Shown: in pieces, positions 19,690-29,851 of the stretch
Position numbering within the stretch: the stretch's first letter is position 1
Layout of the letters: the number at the start of each line of letters is the position of its first letter
Source: Desulfurococcales archaeon
GTDB lineage: Archaea; Thermoproteota; Thermoprotei_A; Sulfolobales; Desulfurococcaceae
DNA length: 64,000 nt
Direction of reading: 5' to 3'
Assembly (NCBI GenBank): GCA_027022365.1
Contig: JALVYU010000030.1
Coordinates: 29,140 to 93,139, forward strand
Program-made: the position numbers and the translations under genes
The notes under the pieces: model-generated
The model's input: the letters and a program-made list of their open reading frames with translations, nothing else
What the model was told of the DNA's origin: nothing
Database searches by the model: none

Positions 19690-22095
19690 ATGTCTAAGCC
19701 CGAATACGTCGAAATAGTTGAGAAGGTCTTCGACAAGACAAGGTCTAAGCCTACCAAGGAGTTCAAGTACATTGGTAAAGAGATACTGAGATGGGATGCG
19801 ATCTCGAAAATACGTGGCGAGAAAATATTCGTTGCCGACCTGATAAACTTGTTCAAGAACCCGGTATTTGTATACAGTGTGAGGACAAAATACGCCCACG
19901 CAAGGATAAAGAAGATCGATGTCAGTGAGGCCGAGAAATACCCCGGCGTAATCAAAGTGCTAACCTATAAGGACATACCCGGCATAAACGATGTAGGATA
20001 CGTAATACCGGATCAGCCCCTCCTCGCGGACAAAAAGGTGAGATACATAGGAGACACGGTGGCCCTAGTAATAGCCGAGAGCCTCGAGAACGCCCGTGAC
20101 GCGGGAGAACTCGTCAACGTGGAGTACGAGCCCCTAGAAGTAATCCTTGACCCCCTAAAGATCGTTGAATGGGGAGGCCTGAGGGAGAAAGAACACACAC
20201 TCATACATGATGAGCGCGGATCAGATGTAGTATCAAGATATAAGATCAGGGCTGGAGACATAAAGAAGGCTGAACAAGAGGCAGCAGTAGTCATAGAGAA
20301 CGAGTATAGGACCCCGATGCAGGAGCACGCCTACATAGAGACCGAGGCGGCAATAGCGATACCCGAGCCGAACGGAGGAGTAACGATCTACGCTAAAACA
20401 CAGTGCCCATTTGACACACGCAGAGCCGTGGCACAAGTGCTCGGCCTACCCTTCAACATGGTTAGAGTGATAGCCCCCAGCCTCGGAGGAGGATTTGGCG
20501 GTGCAGAAGACGTCGGCAACGAAATAGCGGCCAAGGCAGCCCTAGCAGCACTGGTTACGAAGAGGCCGGCAGTAGTACTGTTCACAAGAGAAGAAAGTAT
20601 CATAGGCCACGCGAAAAGGCACCCGATGATAGCCAGGTATAAGCACATGGCGGCCAGAGACGGGACCCTCCTAGGAGTAGAAGCAGAGATCATACTCGAC
20701 ACCGGAGCATATGCTAGCCTAGGCCCGTTCGTCGGATGGAGAGCAATAGTACACAGCACAGGACCCTACAGGGTAAAGAACGCCAAGATAGACCTAGCAG
20801 TAGTCTACACCAACAAGGTATACGCGGGAGCATTCCGTGGATTCGGCAACCCACAGGTATCATTCGCGGTCGAGAGACAAATGGATCTGCTTGCCGAGGA
20901 GCTAGGGATAGACCCTGTCGAGATAAGGCTGAAGAACGCGCTCCGCAACGGAGACCGGACAGTCCACGGCCAGCTCCTAGACCACGGCGTAGGCCTCGTT
21001 GAGGCGATACAGAAAGCGGTCGAGGCCGCCAACTGGTACGAGAAGAGGAAGCTATACGCTAACCAGAAAGGCCTTCTGAGGAGAGGAATAGGCATAGCGG
21101 TAATGTACCACGGCAACAGCATAGGTGCCGAGGGAGCAGACTTCAGCAGCGCCACCATCATAATACAGCGCGACGGAAGCATAATCTTCAGGACGGGCCT
21201 GACGGACTTCGGCCAGGGAGCTATACAGGGTATAGTCAACATAATAGCCGAGACACTGGGAGTACCGCCAACATACATCAAGGTAGAATGGCCCGACACC
21301 GCCGCAACGCCCGATGCAGGCCCGACGGTGGCGTCTAGATCAACGGTCATGGGCGGTAACGCGGCCCTAGTAGCAGCATACAGGCTGAGGCAGAGGCTGA
21401 ACAGGCTGGCCTCGGAGCTCCTAGGATGTGATCCCGAGAAAATAGTGATTGATGCACCAGATGTCTACTGCTCCGATGACCCAGAGAACAAGATAACATG
21501 GCAGGAACTAGTAGAGCAGAGCTTCTGGAAAGGCGTGCCGCTACAGGAGTTCGGGTACTTCAGAGCACCACCGGCAGAATGGGATGAGGAGACCGGGCAG
21601 GGAGCACCATACATGCACTACACGTTCGGAGCTATCATAAGCGATGTAGAACTAGACATGGAGACAGGAGTAGTTAGGGTTAAAGAAGCGGTGACAGCCT
21701 ACGATATAGGCCGCCTCATAAACAAGACAGGAGCAGACCTGCACGCTATAGGAGGCTATATCCAGGGAATGGGCTACGCTCTCATGGAGGACCTATACTA
21801 TTCGCCCGACGGCAAAGTCTATAATGTCAGCCTATCAACATACCACGTACCAACAGCGCTGGACATACCTGAAAAGATAACGCCAATATGGGTAGAAGCA
21901 GGATTCAGGAGGGGGCCCTACGGCGCGAAAGGATTGGGAGAGCCATCAATCGTAGCGATAGCGCCAAGCATAGCTAACGCAGTAGCCCATGCACTGGGCG
22001 GCGGAGTACAGGTTAGCAAAGACGTGAACAAAATACCGCTAACACCCGACTATATCTACAGCATAATAAAGAAGTATAAGCTACTCGGAAAGTAG
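19690..22095 (+). CDS. Xanthine-dehydrogenase-family molybdopterin-binding subunit
   Basis: QEHAYIE, GGGFGG, AFRGFGNPQ, GQG, ASRST, GAKGLGEP motifs. Confidence 0.95.
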   Translation: MSKPEYVEIVEKVFDKTRSKPTKEFKYIGKEILRWDAISKIRGEKIFVADLINLFKNPVFVYSVRTKYAHARIKKIDVSEAEKYPGVIKVLTYKDIPGINDVGYVIPDQPLLADKKVRYIGDTVALVIAESLENARDAGELVNVEYEPLEVILDPLKIVEWGGLREKEHTLIHDERGSDVVSRYKIRAGDIKKAEQEAAVVIENEYRTPMQEHAYIETEAAIAIPEPNGGVTIYAKTQCPFDTRRAVAQVLGLPFNMVRVIAPSLGGGFGGAEDVGNEIAAKAALAALVTKRPAVVLFTREESIIGHAKRHPMIARYKHMAARDGTLLGVEAEIILDTGAYASLGPFVGWRAIVHSTGPYRVKNAKIDLAVVYTNKVYAGAFRGFGNPQVSFAVERQMDLLAEELGIDPVEIRLKNALRNGDRTVHGQLLDHGVGLVEAIQKAVEAANWYEKRKLYANQKGLLRRGIGIAVMYHGNSIGAEGADFSSATIIIQRDGSIIFRTGLTDFGQGAIQGIVNIIAETLGVPPTYIKVEWPDTAATPDAGPTVASRSTVMGGNAALVAAYRLRQRLNRLASELLGCDPEKIVIDAPDVYCSDDPENKITWQELVEQSFWKGVPLQEFGYFRAPPAEWDEETGQGAPYMHYTFGAIISDVELDMETGVVRVKEAVTAYDIGRLINKTGADLHAIGGYIQGMGYALMEDLYYSPDGKVYNVSLSTYHVPTALDIPEKITPIWVEAGFRRGPYGAKGLGEPSIVAIAPSIANAVAHALGGGVQVSKDVNKIPLTPDYIYSIIKKYKLLGK

Positions 22096-22116
22096 CTCCC
22101 GATTCTTTAACCTAAT

Positions 22117-22145
22117 ACTCTTTTTCATTTCTTCCCCTCTCCTTC
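22117..22145 (+). terminator. U/C-rich terminator after molybdoenzyme operon
   Basis: CTCTTTTTCATTTCTTCCCCTCT just downstream of the stop, in a convergent intergenic region. Confidence 0.4.
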
Positions 22146-22259
22146 CAATAATAGATTGCATTGTATTCAGAACACTTAGAGGCGGAGACGGAGATATTAT
22201 AGGGTAATTGCTTCTAGGACCCCAGAAAAGGTTCTCGTGGTTGTAAAAAAGGACTTGTT

Positions 22260-23591
22260 TTAGACCGGCTTGGCGAACCCCCATTTCTCGAGGGCGCGTG
22301 CCAGCTCCTTGTGTGTCTTGGCGTACTCGTCGAGAGGTATTCCTTTCAGTATAGCTTCTAGAGACTGTCTTACAGCAGCTGCTCCCGCACGCGGCCCGTC
22401 GGGGTGGCCCAGCGTTCCTCCGCCGACCTGTATTACCAGGTCTGTGCCTAGGGCCTCGATCACGCCGGGCAGGTTCCCAGGATGCAGTCCTCCAGACGAG
22501 ACCGGCATGGCTGGCTTGATGTGATGCATTGGCTGTTCTAGGTGGAACTCGTCGTCCGGGTCTGGCTTGAAGTGTGTCTCCCTAAGAATTCTCGCGTATC
22601 TTATGACATCGATCTTTCCGCCCTCCAGCTTGCCTACGCCGGCCGTACCGATATGGAGCTGGTCTACCCCGATGATCCTATATAGTTTTGCTAAGACGTA
22701 CATGGATATACCATGGTACGGGTTGCGGGTGAATGCTGCGTGCATTGCGCGGTGAGCATGTATTGCTAGACCGTATTCCTCGGCAAGGTCACGTATGTAA
22801 TTGAGTGCCCCCCAACCAGTAACGACGACATCCACCATTACGTAGGGGTTGCCATAGTCTGCGACCAGTTTGAGTCTTCTCTTCATCTCCCTTATATCAC
22901 TGGTTATGTTTGCGAACCAGACCTTTTTTTCACCTGTCTCTTTCTCCGCCTTATCGATTGCTCTCATGATGGCTTTTGCTCTCTTCTCGAAGCTACAGAA
23001 GCTCGGGCTCGTCAGGTTCTCGTCGTCCTTAATATAGTCCATCCCGCCTGTGAGGAGCTCGATTGCCAGCTTCTCTACTTCTTCGGGTGAATAGCCTACT
23101 TTCGGCTTAGGCACTGTTCCCACGATGGGCCTGTCGTAGACCTTGAATATGTCTCTGACTCCCTTGATACCCTTGCTGGGCCCCTTGAAGTCCTCGAGGA
23201 ATACTTTGGGGAAGTATATGTCTTCTAGTCTTAGCCCCGCGACTCGCTTCATCCCGAAGACGTTGCCGGCGACGCTCGCTAGGAAGCCTGGCAGGTTGCC
23301 CTTCTCGAACAGCTCCACCGGATAGGCTATTCTCACGATCCATGAGCCGTCGCCGAGGTCTTTGAAGTAGTAAGCCTTCGCGCTTAGCTTCTTGACTCTC
23401 TCCGTGTCGTACCATGGATATAGTGTTGTCCAGGTACCAGTACTGCTCTCGGCCGCTACTCCTCCAGCCGCGTCCTCGATGGTGAATCCCGGCGCCGGCT
23501 TGATCCTGAATACAGCGATCACATCGTTATCGGGATCAGGGGTGTAGTTCTTATCAATATACTGCTTGTATGGCTCGAAACTGTGATGCAA
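22260..23591 (-). CDS. rbcL: Form III ribulose-1,5-bisphosphate carboxylase
   Basis: AAESSTGTW, KPKVG, GMDYIKDDE catalytic motif, HRAMH, HIGTAGVGKLEG, SGG, GGGTLGHPDG. Confidence 0.96.
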   Translation of the reverse strand: MHHSFEPYKQYIDKNYTPDPDNDVIAVFRIKPAPGFTIEDAAGGVAAESSTGTWTTLYPWYDTERVKKLSAKAYYFKDLGDGSWIVRIAYPVELFEKGNLPGFLASVAGNVFGMKRVAGLRLEDIYFPKVFLEDFKGPSKGIKGVRDIFKVYDRPIVGTVPKPKVGYSPEEVEKLAIELLTGGMDYIKDDENLTSPSFCSFEKRAKAIMRAIDKAEKETGEKKVWFANITSDIREMKRRLKLVADYGNPYVMVDVVVTGWGALNYIRDLAEEYGLAIHAHRAMHAAFTRNPYHGISMYVLAKLYRIIGVDQLHIGTAGVGKLEGGKIDVIRYARILRETHFKPDPDDEFHLEQPMHHIKPAMPVSSGGLHPGNLPGVIEALGTDLVIQVGGGTLGHPDGPRAGAAAVRQSLEAILKGIPLDEYAKTHKELARALEKWGFAKPV

Positions 23592-23689
23592 AAGAACCCC
23601 CTCTTCAATGCTTGTATTCTATATTGTTATGGTATTGGGAGGATTAAATATTGTAGTGTCAAATAATGGGCTGGAAAACGGTAGATGTG

Positions 23690-24838
23690 CTAGTGGACGA
23701 ACGGATCCTTGAAGCTGAGAACTACTTTCGCAACCTCCGGCCTCATCATGTACTCCGGAGGCATTTTGCCCTCACGGATCATTTTCCTAAGCTTGGTGCC
23801 GCTAATCCTTATCCTGTATTCTTCGGGGTGCGGGCATATCTTCTCATTGACCATACCGCCGCATTTCTTACAGTAGAATGCTTCCCTGATGAAGAGAGGC
23901 ACAATCCCTAGGTCTGGGAACTCGTCGAATATCTCCCATGCCTCGTAAGGACCATAATAGTCTCCCACACCTGCATGGTCTCTCCCCACTATGAAGTGCG
24001 TGCAGCCGAAATTCTTCCTAACTATAGCGTGGTGTACTGCCTCACGCGGCCCAGCGTACCTCATGTTCATGACTAGGCCCGCTAGGACGGTCACGTTTTC
24101 GGGGTAATAGTGCTTGATCAGGGCCTCGTATGCCGCGAATATGACCTCGTCTCTATAATCACCGGGTTTCTTCCAGCCTATCAGGGGGTGTATGAGGATG
24201 CCGTCCGTGAACGTGAGGGCGGCCTTCTGGACATACTCGTGTCCTCGGTGAGGCACGTTCCTCGTCTGGAACGCGACGATCTTTTTCCACCCTTTCTCTC
24301 TGAAGAGTATCCTTGTCTCGGCGGGCCAGAGAATCCTGTGTATAAGGGGGTGCTCGAGATCCTTAATGAGATCGATCGCTCCTCCCACGAGAAGCTCCTT
24401 CATTTCAAACGTCTTCTTTACCCCGGGATGACCCGTGTCCAGGGTCTTGTATACGCTTTGCGCGTGCTTCTTCTTATCCCAGCCGTAGATCTCCTCGACC
24501 CTCATAACCGCTACTGGCTCCCCGCCATAATATAGCGCTATGTCGTCGCCCTCCTTGACACCGCTGATCTCTTCGGGATCGACATCCAAGACTATGGGTA
24601 TCGTCCAGGGTAGATCATTGCTCAGCCTCATATCGTCGAGGACATAGAGGTAGTCCTCCTGTAGCATGAAGCCCTCCAGCGGGCTAAAAGCCCCGTGCGC
24701 TATGTCGAGTACGTCGATGTATCTTTCATAACTTATATCGATTCTTTGAAGCTCACCCGCCTCGGCTCTAAGGTGCTCGAGCCTCTTGCCACGGGCAACT
24801 CTGTTTACAAGTTTTCCTCCATGGGGTCTTGAGACCAT
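23690..24838 (-). CDS. sat: Sulfate adenylyltransferase
   Basis: PHGGKLV, FQTRNVPHRGHE, MRYAGPREA, GRDHAG, ISGTKLR. Confidence 0.97.
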   Translation of the reverse strand: MVSRPHGGKLVNRVARGKRLEHLRAEAGELQRIDISYERYIDVLDIAHGAFSPLEGFMLQEDYLYVLDDMRLSNDLPWTIPIVLDVDPEEISGVKEGDDIALYYGGEPVAVMRVEEIYGWDKKKHAQSVYKTLDTGHPGVKKTFEMKELLVGGAIDLIKDLEHPLIHRILWPAETRILFREKGWKKIVAFQTRNVPHRGHEYVQKAALTFTDGILIHPLIGWKKPGDYRDEVIFAAYEALIKHYYPENVTVLAGLVMNMRYAGPREAVHHAIVRKNFGCTHFIVGRDHAGVGDYYGPYEAWEIFDEFPDLGIVPLFIREAFYCKKCGGMVNEKICPHPEEYRIRISGTKLRKMIREGKMPPEYMMRPEVAKVVLSFKDPFVH

Positions 24839-24861
24839 GTACCTTCACCTCTCCATATGGG

Positions 24862-25101
24862 CTAGATGTAGCCGAGCCTTCTCAGTTTCTCGAGGATCTT
24901 TTTCTTGTCTTCCTCGCTGAACGGCTCCTCGTATCTGGCCTCCTCGTGTGCCGCGACAACTTCTCTCAGGACGTAGGTAACGTACTGGCTGACGCTCGTG
25001 AAGCCCGTGTCCTTGATGAGCTCCTTGATCCGGTTATATAGTGTGATGGGTATTGAGACCGTCGTGTACTTGCCTCTTTTCTCCGGTTCTCTAGGAGACA
25101 T
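24862..25101 (-). CDS. CopG/ribbon-helix-helix transcriptional regulator
   Basis: YTTVSIP..LY.RI...TGFTSVSQYV..LRE RHH pattern; C-terminal LRRLGYI. Confidence 0.85.
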   Translation of the reverse strand: MSPREPEKRGKYTTVSIPITLYNRIKELIKDTGFTSVSQYVTYVLREVVAAHEEARYEEPFSEEDKKKILEKLRRLGYI

Positions 25102-25137
25102 GATAGTCCACTCTCCCTATGGGAGCGTCCGTAGTTT

Positions 25138-25161
25138 TTATTAATTAAGCTTAATTAATAA
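25138..25161. promoter_or_regulatory. Perfect 24-bp palindrome in the divergent RHH-sat / cysC promoter
   Basis: TTATTAATTAAGCTTAATTAATAA equals its own reverse complement. Confidence 0.6.
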
Positions 25162-25184
25162 CTGTTCCGACGATAGAGGTGTAG

Positions 25185-25739
25185 GTGTTGGGAGAGAATC
25201 CCAAGTGCCTCGATAAAGGCATCGTTGTCTGGCTGACAGGTCTTCCGGGAAGCGGTAAGACTACTCTCGCCACAAGAGTAGCCGAGAAGCTAAGGAGGGA
25301 AGGCTACAGAGTAGAAGTTATTGATGGGGACTGGGCGAGAAAAACAATCAGTCTCGGAGCAGGCTACACCAAAGAGGAGAGGAGAATACACCTCCATAGA
25401 ATAGCGTGGGTGGCAAGACTGCTTGCACGCAACGGCGTCATAGTTCTATGTAGCTTCGTATCGCCATATAATGATGTACGAGAGATGATAAAGAACATTA
25501 TCTCAGAAGAAGTACCCTTCAAACTAGTCTATGTCAAGTGCCCTGTAGAAGAATGTATACGCAGGGATCCCAAGGGCCTATATAAGAAGGCCTTGAGGGG
25601 AGAGATCAAGCATTTCACCGGGATAAGTGACCCGTTCGAGGAGCCGGAGAACCCGGATCTCGTGATAGATACTTACCGCGACGATATCGAGACAAATACC
25701 GGGAAGCTCTACAGGTTTGTGAAAGAACTTATCGAATAA
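25185..25739 (+). CDS. cysC: Adenylyl-sulfate kinase
   Basis: WLTGLPGSGKTT, SFVSPY, RDPKGLY, FTGISDPFEEP. Confidence 0.96.
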   Translation: MLGENPKCLDKGIVVWLTGLPGSGKTTLATRVAEKLRREGYRVEVIDGDWARKTISLGAGYTKEERRIHLHRIAWVARLLARNGVIVLCSFVSPYNDVREMIKNIISEEVPFKLVYVKCPVEECIRRDPKGLYKKALRGEIKHFTGISDPFEEPENPDLVIDTYRDDIETNTGKLYRFVKELIE

Positions 25740-25837
25740 GCGCTTTCTAGGCTAGGAACTATCACGTATCATTTTTAATTATAGTATCGTCATTAAGATA
25801 CATTGACCTATAACGGCGTTATCCTGGGAGAAAACCA

Positions 25838-27016
25838 ATGAATAAAGCCAGGAAGACCCTAGCGGGAATAGCGATATACACGGCTTTCCGAGGAGTAGCT
25901 TTCTCCTCATTCCAGGTACTCCTACCGCTCTATCTAGTCAGCATAGGCTACAAGGTAGCGGATCTAGGTCCGCTCGCAACCTACGCCACGGTCGCCACTG
26001 CCGTATTTTTACCCTTCATAGGGCATATGGTAGACGCAGGACACCCAGTAACAATAGGCACTCTATCAGGAATAATACTAGCCCTAAGCCTCTTAATCCC
26101 CGGTCTCTCCTCCTCGTATCTTTCATTCATACTCGTCTACATCCTGAACTCATTATCACTAATGATGTGGCAGCCGGCCAGAATATCTGTGGTCGGTAGA
26201 ATCGTACAATCTGGAAGCCTGGGCAGGACATACGCTGTGTTCACGGCTGGCTTCAACATAGCGAGAATAATCACTCCATTCGTAGCCGTCACGATCGCTT
26301 ATGCCATAGGATATAGGAGCACCATGGCCTTAATGTCCATATTCCCGCTTACAGGCGCCCTCATATACTGCCTGACGGCAAGGCAGGTAGAGATCAGGAA
26401 GAGGAAGGTCGAGATCAGAAGCTTGTTTGAAACATACAAGAATGTATACTGGATACTGAAGCAATACCCTTATCTCTCCCTTTTCTCGTTCTTCGATATC
26501 TATGGCTGGCGCCTATGGTTCCCAATGCTCAACGCTTATCTCAAGAAAGCCGTAGGACTGGACGATATGGGTGTGGGCCTCTATAACAGTATATTCTCGG
26601 CATCAATGCTTGCATCCTCGTATCCCTCCGGATACCTGACGGACAGGATAGGGCCGAGGAAAGTACTCGCCCTCAACGAGATGCTAGGCATAGCGACGGC
26701 GCTCCTCCTCGCACAACACACGCCCATACTAGCCTATATCGCATCGATAACAATGGGGATAAGCATAGCTTTCTGGATAAACGGGTACAACACCATAACA
26801 ACACTGCTCATGGGGCCGGAGAAAGCAGGTATTATGAGGAGCAGTATTGATGCTGCGAGAACCATAGTATCAGTACCAGCACCAGCGCTGGGCAGCACGA
26901 TCTATAGTCTAGTCTCTATTTCCGCCCCATTCTACCTAGGCACTGTCTTCATGGGCCTCGCAGCTCTTTCGATCCTGCTCGTAAAAGGCGGTAAGGAGAA
27001 AGATACTCCTAGTTAG
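25838..27016 (+). CDS. MFS transporter
   Basis: 12 predicted TMs, GYLTDRIGPRK motif A. Confidence 0.88.
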   Translation: MNKARKTLAGIAIYTAFRGVAFSSFQVLLPLYLVSIGYKVADLGPLATYATVATAVFLPFIGHMVDAGHPVTIGTLSGIILALSLLIPGLSSSYLSFILVYILNSLSLMMWQPARISVVGRIVQSGSLGRTYAVFTAGFNIARIITPFVAVTIAYAIGYRSTMALMSIFPLTGALIYCLTARQVEIRKRKVEIRSLFETYKNVYWILKQYPYLSLFSFFDIYGWRLWFPMLNAYLKKAVGLDDMGVGLYNSIFSASMLASSYPSGYLTDRIGPRKVLALNEMLGIATALLLAQHTPILAYIASITMGISIAFWINGYNTITTLLMGPEKAGIMRSSIDAARTIVSVPAPALGSTIYSLVSISAPFYLGTVFMGLAALSILLVKGGKEKDTPS

Positions 27017-27114
27017 CACTACTAACAACACTGATTCACATGTGCCAAGTAAAAATACAAATACCTCAAGAAACCAGTAAAAATACAAGCCCAGGAGATT
27101 CGGGGAAACAGGTT

Positions 27115-27621
27115 TTGACGAAAAAATCGGCCCTGCTCGAGAAAATCCTAGATAGGATCCCGGGCTTTTCAGGCTATAGGAAGAGGGAGAAAATACGTGA
27201 AGACGACAGGATAATAAGATCATATATTGTCTCAGTCCTCGAAAACACAATACAATATATAGAGGACGCCCAGGCCAGCCTCGTAGACATAAACTATGAC
27301 AAAGCAGTAGCCCTGGACAACCTGCTAAGAAGACTTAGGCTCCTCACCGACAAGATCAGGTGGGCGCCCCACGGGTACCAGCCACACTACTATATCGTGA
27401 AAATAGAGGAAGCAGACCTGGAGAAGCTTAGATCCATAGATGCGGAGATAATTGGTCTCGCCGAACAATTATCCAAGATAGCCTCCAACATAGCGGAGAA
27501 GGCTACGGCCGGCCAGGTTCCCGACCCCAAGGATCTAGTAGGAATGAATGATTTGGCCAAGAAAATACATGGTTTTCTCGAAGAAAGAAACAAGATACTC
27601 ATGGGGCTAGGTGAGAAGTAA
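27115..27621 (+). CDS. Alpha-helical hypothetical protein, first gene of the SPFH operon
   Basis: LEKILDRIPGFSGYRKREKIREDD motif; stop overlaps SPFH start; TTG start inferred. Confidence 0.75.
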   Translation: MTKKSALLEKILDRIPGFSGYRKREKIREDDRIIRSYIVSVLENTIQYIEDAQASLVDINYDKAVALDNLLRRLRLLTDKIRWAPHGYQPHYYIVKIEEADLEKLRSIDAEIIGLAEQLSKIASNIAEKATAGQVPDPKDLVGMNDLAKKIHGFLEERNKILMGLGEK

Positions 27622-28685
27622 TGGTTATAGACAAGATAGGTAAGGGAATGGGCTGGCTCGCCCGAAAGACGAGCGGCTTCGAGCCAAAAGTGATCGAGTG
27701 GAAGGATGCTTCGCCAGACGATATCGTCTGGAGATACCCCGACGAAGTCATACCGTGGGGTAGCGTCGTAATAGTCAAGGAGTGGGAACGCGCAGTGTTC
27801 TACCGGGACGGGAAAGTATACGGTGTCCTCGGGCCGGGAAGGCATGTCCTAGACACGCAGAACGTGCCGTTCCTGAAGGGCCTAGTCGAAGGCCTCTACG
27901 GGCAGAGCATCTTCCGCGCAATAATCATCTATGTCAATATAACACGTAAGCAGGGGAGGTTCGGCGGACAGAGCCAGACGGTAGAGCTAATACCCGTCAA
28001 GTTCCATGGAAGCTACTATTACAGGGTAGACGACCCCGGCTTGTTCGTCAACAAGGTAGTAGGCCCAGACGATAGGTACACGACCGAGGAGCTCGACGAG
28101 TATATCCGCGGATACTTCCTCACAAGACTCATGGCGTTTCTGAGCCAGTCAAGCGTACGCGACCTCTACATGAAGGCTGCCGAGGCGGGTAAGAGGGCCT
28201 TAATGGCTCTACGACCAGCATTCAGAGAGATAGGCTTGGATCTCGAAGACCTCGTATTCGAGGGACTCGACGTCCCGCCGGAGTACCGTGAGAGGATGTT
28301 CTGGATACTACAAGGAACAGCTGCACAATACCTCGTACAGCAGGAGACCGCCCGGAAGTTCGCCGAGGCAATAAAAGACACGAAGGCCGGCGGAGCAGTA
28401 CTTGGTGCAGGAATGGTCGCGATCCCGTGGGCCCTCCAGCCGCCACCGCCAACAGCTTATCAGCAGCCCCCGGGTCAGCCCCAGCAAGCAGCGCAACAGC
28501 CACCAAGCCCTGCAGCCGGAGCAGGCGGGTATACGCCTAGATGCCCGTACTGCGGTAAAGCTCCTGTCCCTGCGGGCGCGAAGTTCTGTCCATACTGTGG
28601 CCACCAATTGAAATGGTGTCCTAACGGCCACGTTGTCCCCGTGGAGGCCAACTTCTGCCCTATATGTGGCGCTAAGGTGCAGTAG
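27621..28685 (+). CDS. SPFH/band 7 domain protein with C-terminal double zinc ribbon (YdjI-like)
   Basis: VIEW..DIVWRYP..VIVKEWERAVFYRDGK..LGPGRH.LDT.NVP; P/Q-rich linker; CPYC..FCPYC..CPNGH..FCPIC. Confidence 0.88.
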   Translation: MVIDKIGKGMGWLARKTSGFEPKVIEWKDASPDDIVWRYPDEVIPWGSVVIVKEWERAVFYRDGKVYGVLGPGRHVLDTQNVPFLKGLVEGLYGQSIFRAIIIYVNITRKQGRFGGQSQTVELIPVKFHGSYYYRVDDPGLFVNKVVGPDDRYTTEELDEYIRGYFLTRLMAFLSQSSVRDLYMKAAEAGKRALMALRPAFREIGLDLEDLVFEGLDVPPEYRERMFWILQGTAAQYLVQQETARKFAEAIKDTKAGGAVLGAGMVAIPWALQPPPPTAYQQPPGQPQQAAQQPPSPAAGAGGYTPRCPYCGKAPVPAGAKFCPYCGHQLKWCPNGHVVPVEANFCPICGAKVQ

Positions 28686-28687
28686 TC

Positions 28688-29851
28688 TTGACCGAGGATC
28701 AGTCCCTTGTACAGGCCTTCAGATGTAGCCGTTGCGGGGCACCATTGGATGTAACGCCGGAAACAATCATAGCTGTTTGTAGGTATTGTGGATACCCTAA
28801 CGTGTTAGTGGATAACCTGCCCGAGGAAGAGATTACAAGTATAAGGGTCGTCCCCAGTCTTCCTGAGAAAGAAATACTCGAGAAGGCCATGGAGAGGACG
28901 AGGAGAGATCCCGATCTCAAAGGCATAGCTGATCAGATAAGATGGAGGAAGCCCTACGGAGTATACATGCCCTTCTACACGGTCACAGCAAGCCTCGACC
29001 TAGAATACTGGATGAAGCTAAGGGTAAGATATGTTGAGAACGTTAGACGTGGAAACAGGTGGGAGACAAGGACGTATAGCAGGACAATAGATGTATCTGG
29101 AAAGGTAAGTCTCCACGACGAGAAAATACCCATCCTAGCGAGAAAGGGCGTCCACGGGTTCAGTGTCAAGGCGATGGGGCTCCACTACATCAACAAGAAC
29201 CCAGACACTGTTCCTCTGTCCGGTCTCGACTGGAAGAAATACGGGCTAAACACGCTATCAGCTGAGTTCTCGAGGAGCGATGCCGAAGATATAGCCCTCG
29301 AGATAGGGTTGAACAGGCTGAAAGCCAGGGCTTACGAGGAGGCGGTCTCCAGGGCGAGGGGCTGGAGAGGCAGGGTCGTGAACGTCAAGGTGTTGGCGAG
29401 GCGCTACAACCTAGATATAAAGAAGCTAGAAGTTGAGCCGCTCACACTTGTCCCTTACTGGAGGCTCACCTATGAGTACCGGGGCGGTATATATCGTTAC
29501 TATGTGAGCGGCTGGGACGGCGAAGTAGTGATCGCGGAGGAGCCTGTTCTACCGAAGCACAGGATAGGCTATCTCCTCGCAGGGATAGGTGGGGGAGGAT
29601 TATCATCGCTCGGAGCAGTCATGGCAGCCACTGCTCAGACACATACCACGGCTTTCCTTGGAGCAATATTCTTCGTGGGAGGGGTAATCCTATCCTACAC
29701 GATGGGCCGGAGAATACTGAGCACGGTCAGAGTAGAATCGCCGTACGGAGGCAGTGAGGGGATCGAGGAAGAGGTTGAGAAAGTATTCGAGAAAGCAGAG
29801 AGCCTATTCGACATGGTTACGGGCGCCCCCATCATAGGAGGTGATGTCTAG
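28688..29851 (+). CDS. Zinc-ribbon protein with C-terminal TMs (YdjG-like)
   Basis: CSRCGAPL..CRYCG, YMPFY, LVPYWRLTYEYRG..VSGWDGEV, two C-terminal TMs. Confidence 0.75.
   Translation: MTEDQSLVQAFRCSRCGAPLDVTPETIIAVCRYCGYPNVLVDNLPEEEITSIRVVPSLPEKEILEKAMERTRRDPDLKGIADQIRWRKPYGVYMPFYTVTASLDLEYWMKLRVRYVENVRRGNRWETRTYSRTIDVSGKVSLHDEKIPILARKGVHGFSVKAMGLHYINKNPDTVPLSGLDWKKYGLNTLSAEFSRSDAEDIALEIGLNRLKARAYEEAVSRARGWRGRVVNVKVLARRYNLDIKKLEVEPLTLVPYWRLTYEYRGGIYRYYVSGWDGEVVIAEEPVLPKHRIGYLLAGIGGGGLSSLGAVMAATAQTHTTAFLGAIFFVGGVILSYTMGRRILSTVRVESPYGGSEGIEEEVEKVFEKAESLFDMVTGAPIIGGDV

Noticed and set aside
19690-22095. Aerobic CO dehydrogenase coupled to RuBisCO (carboxydotrophic autotrophy)
   Set aside because: The active-site loop is AFRGFG, not AYxCSFR; RuBisCO is form III and no phosphoribulokinase is seen.
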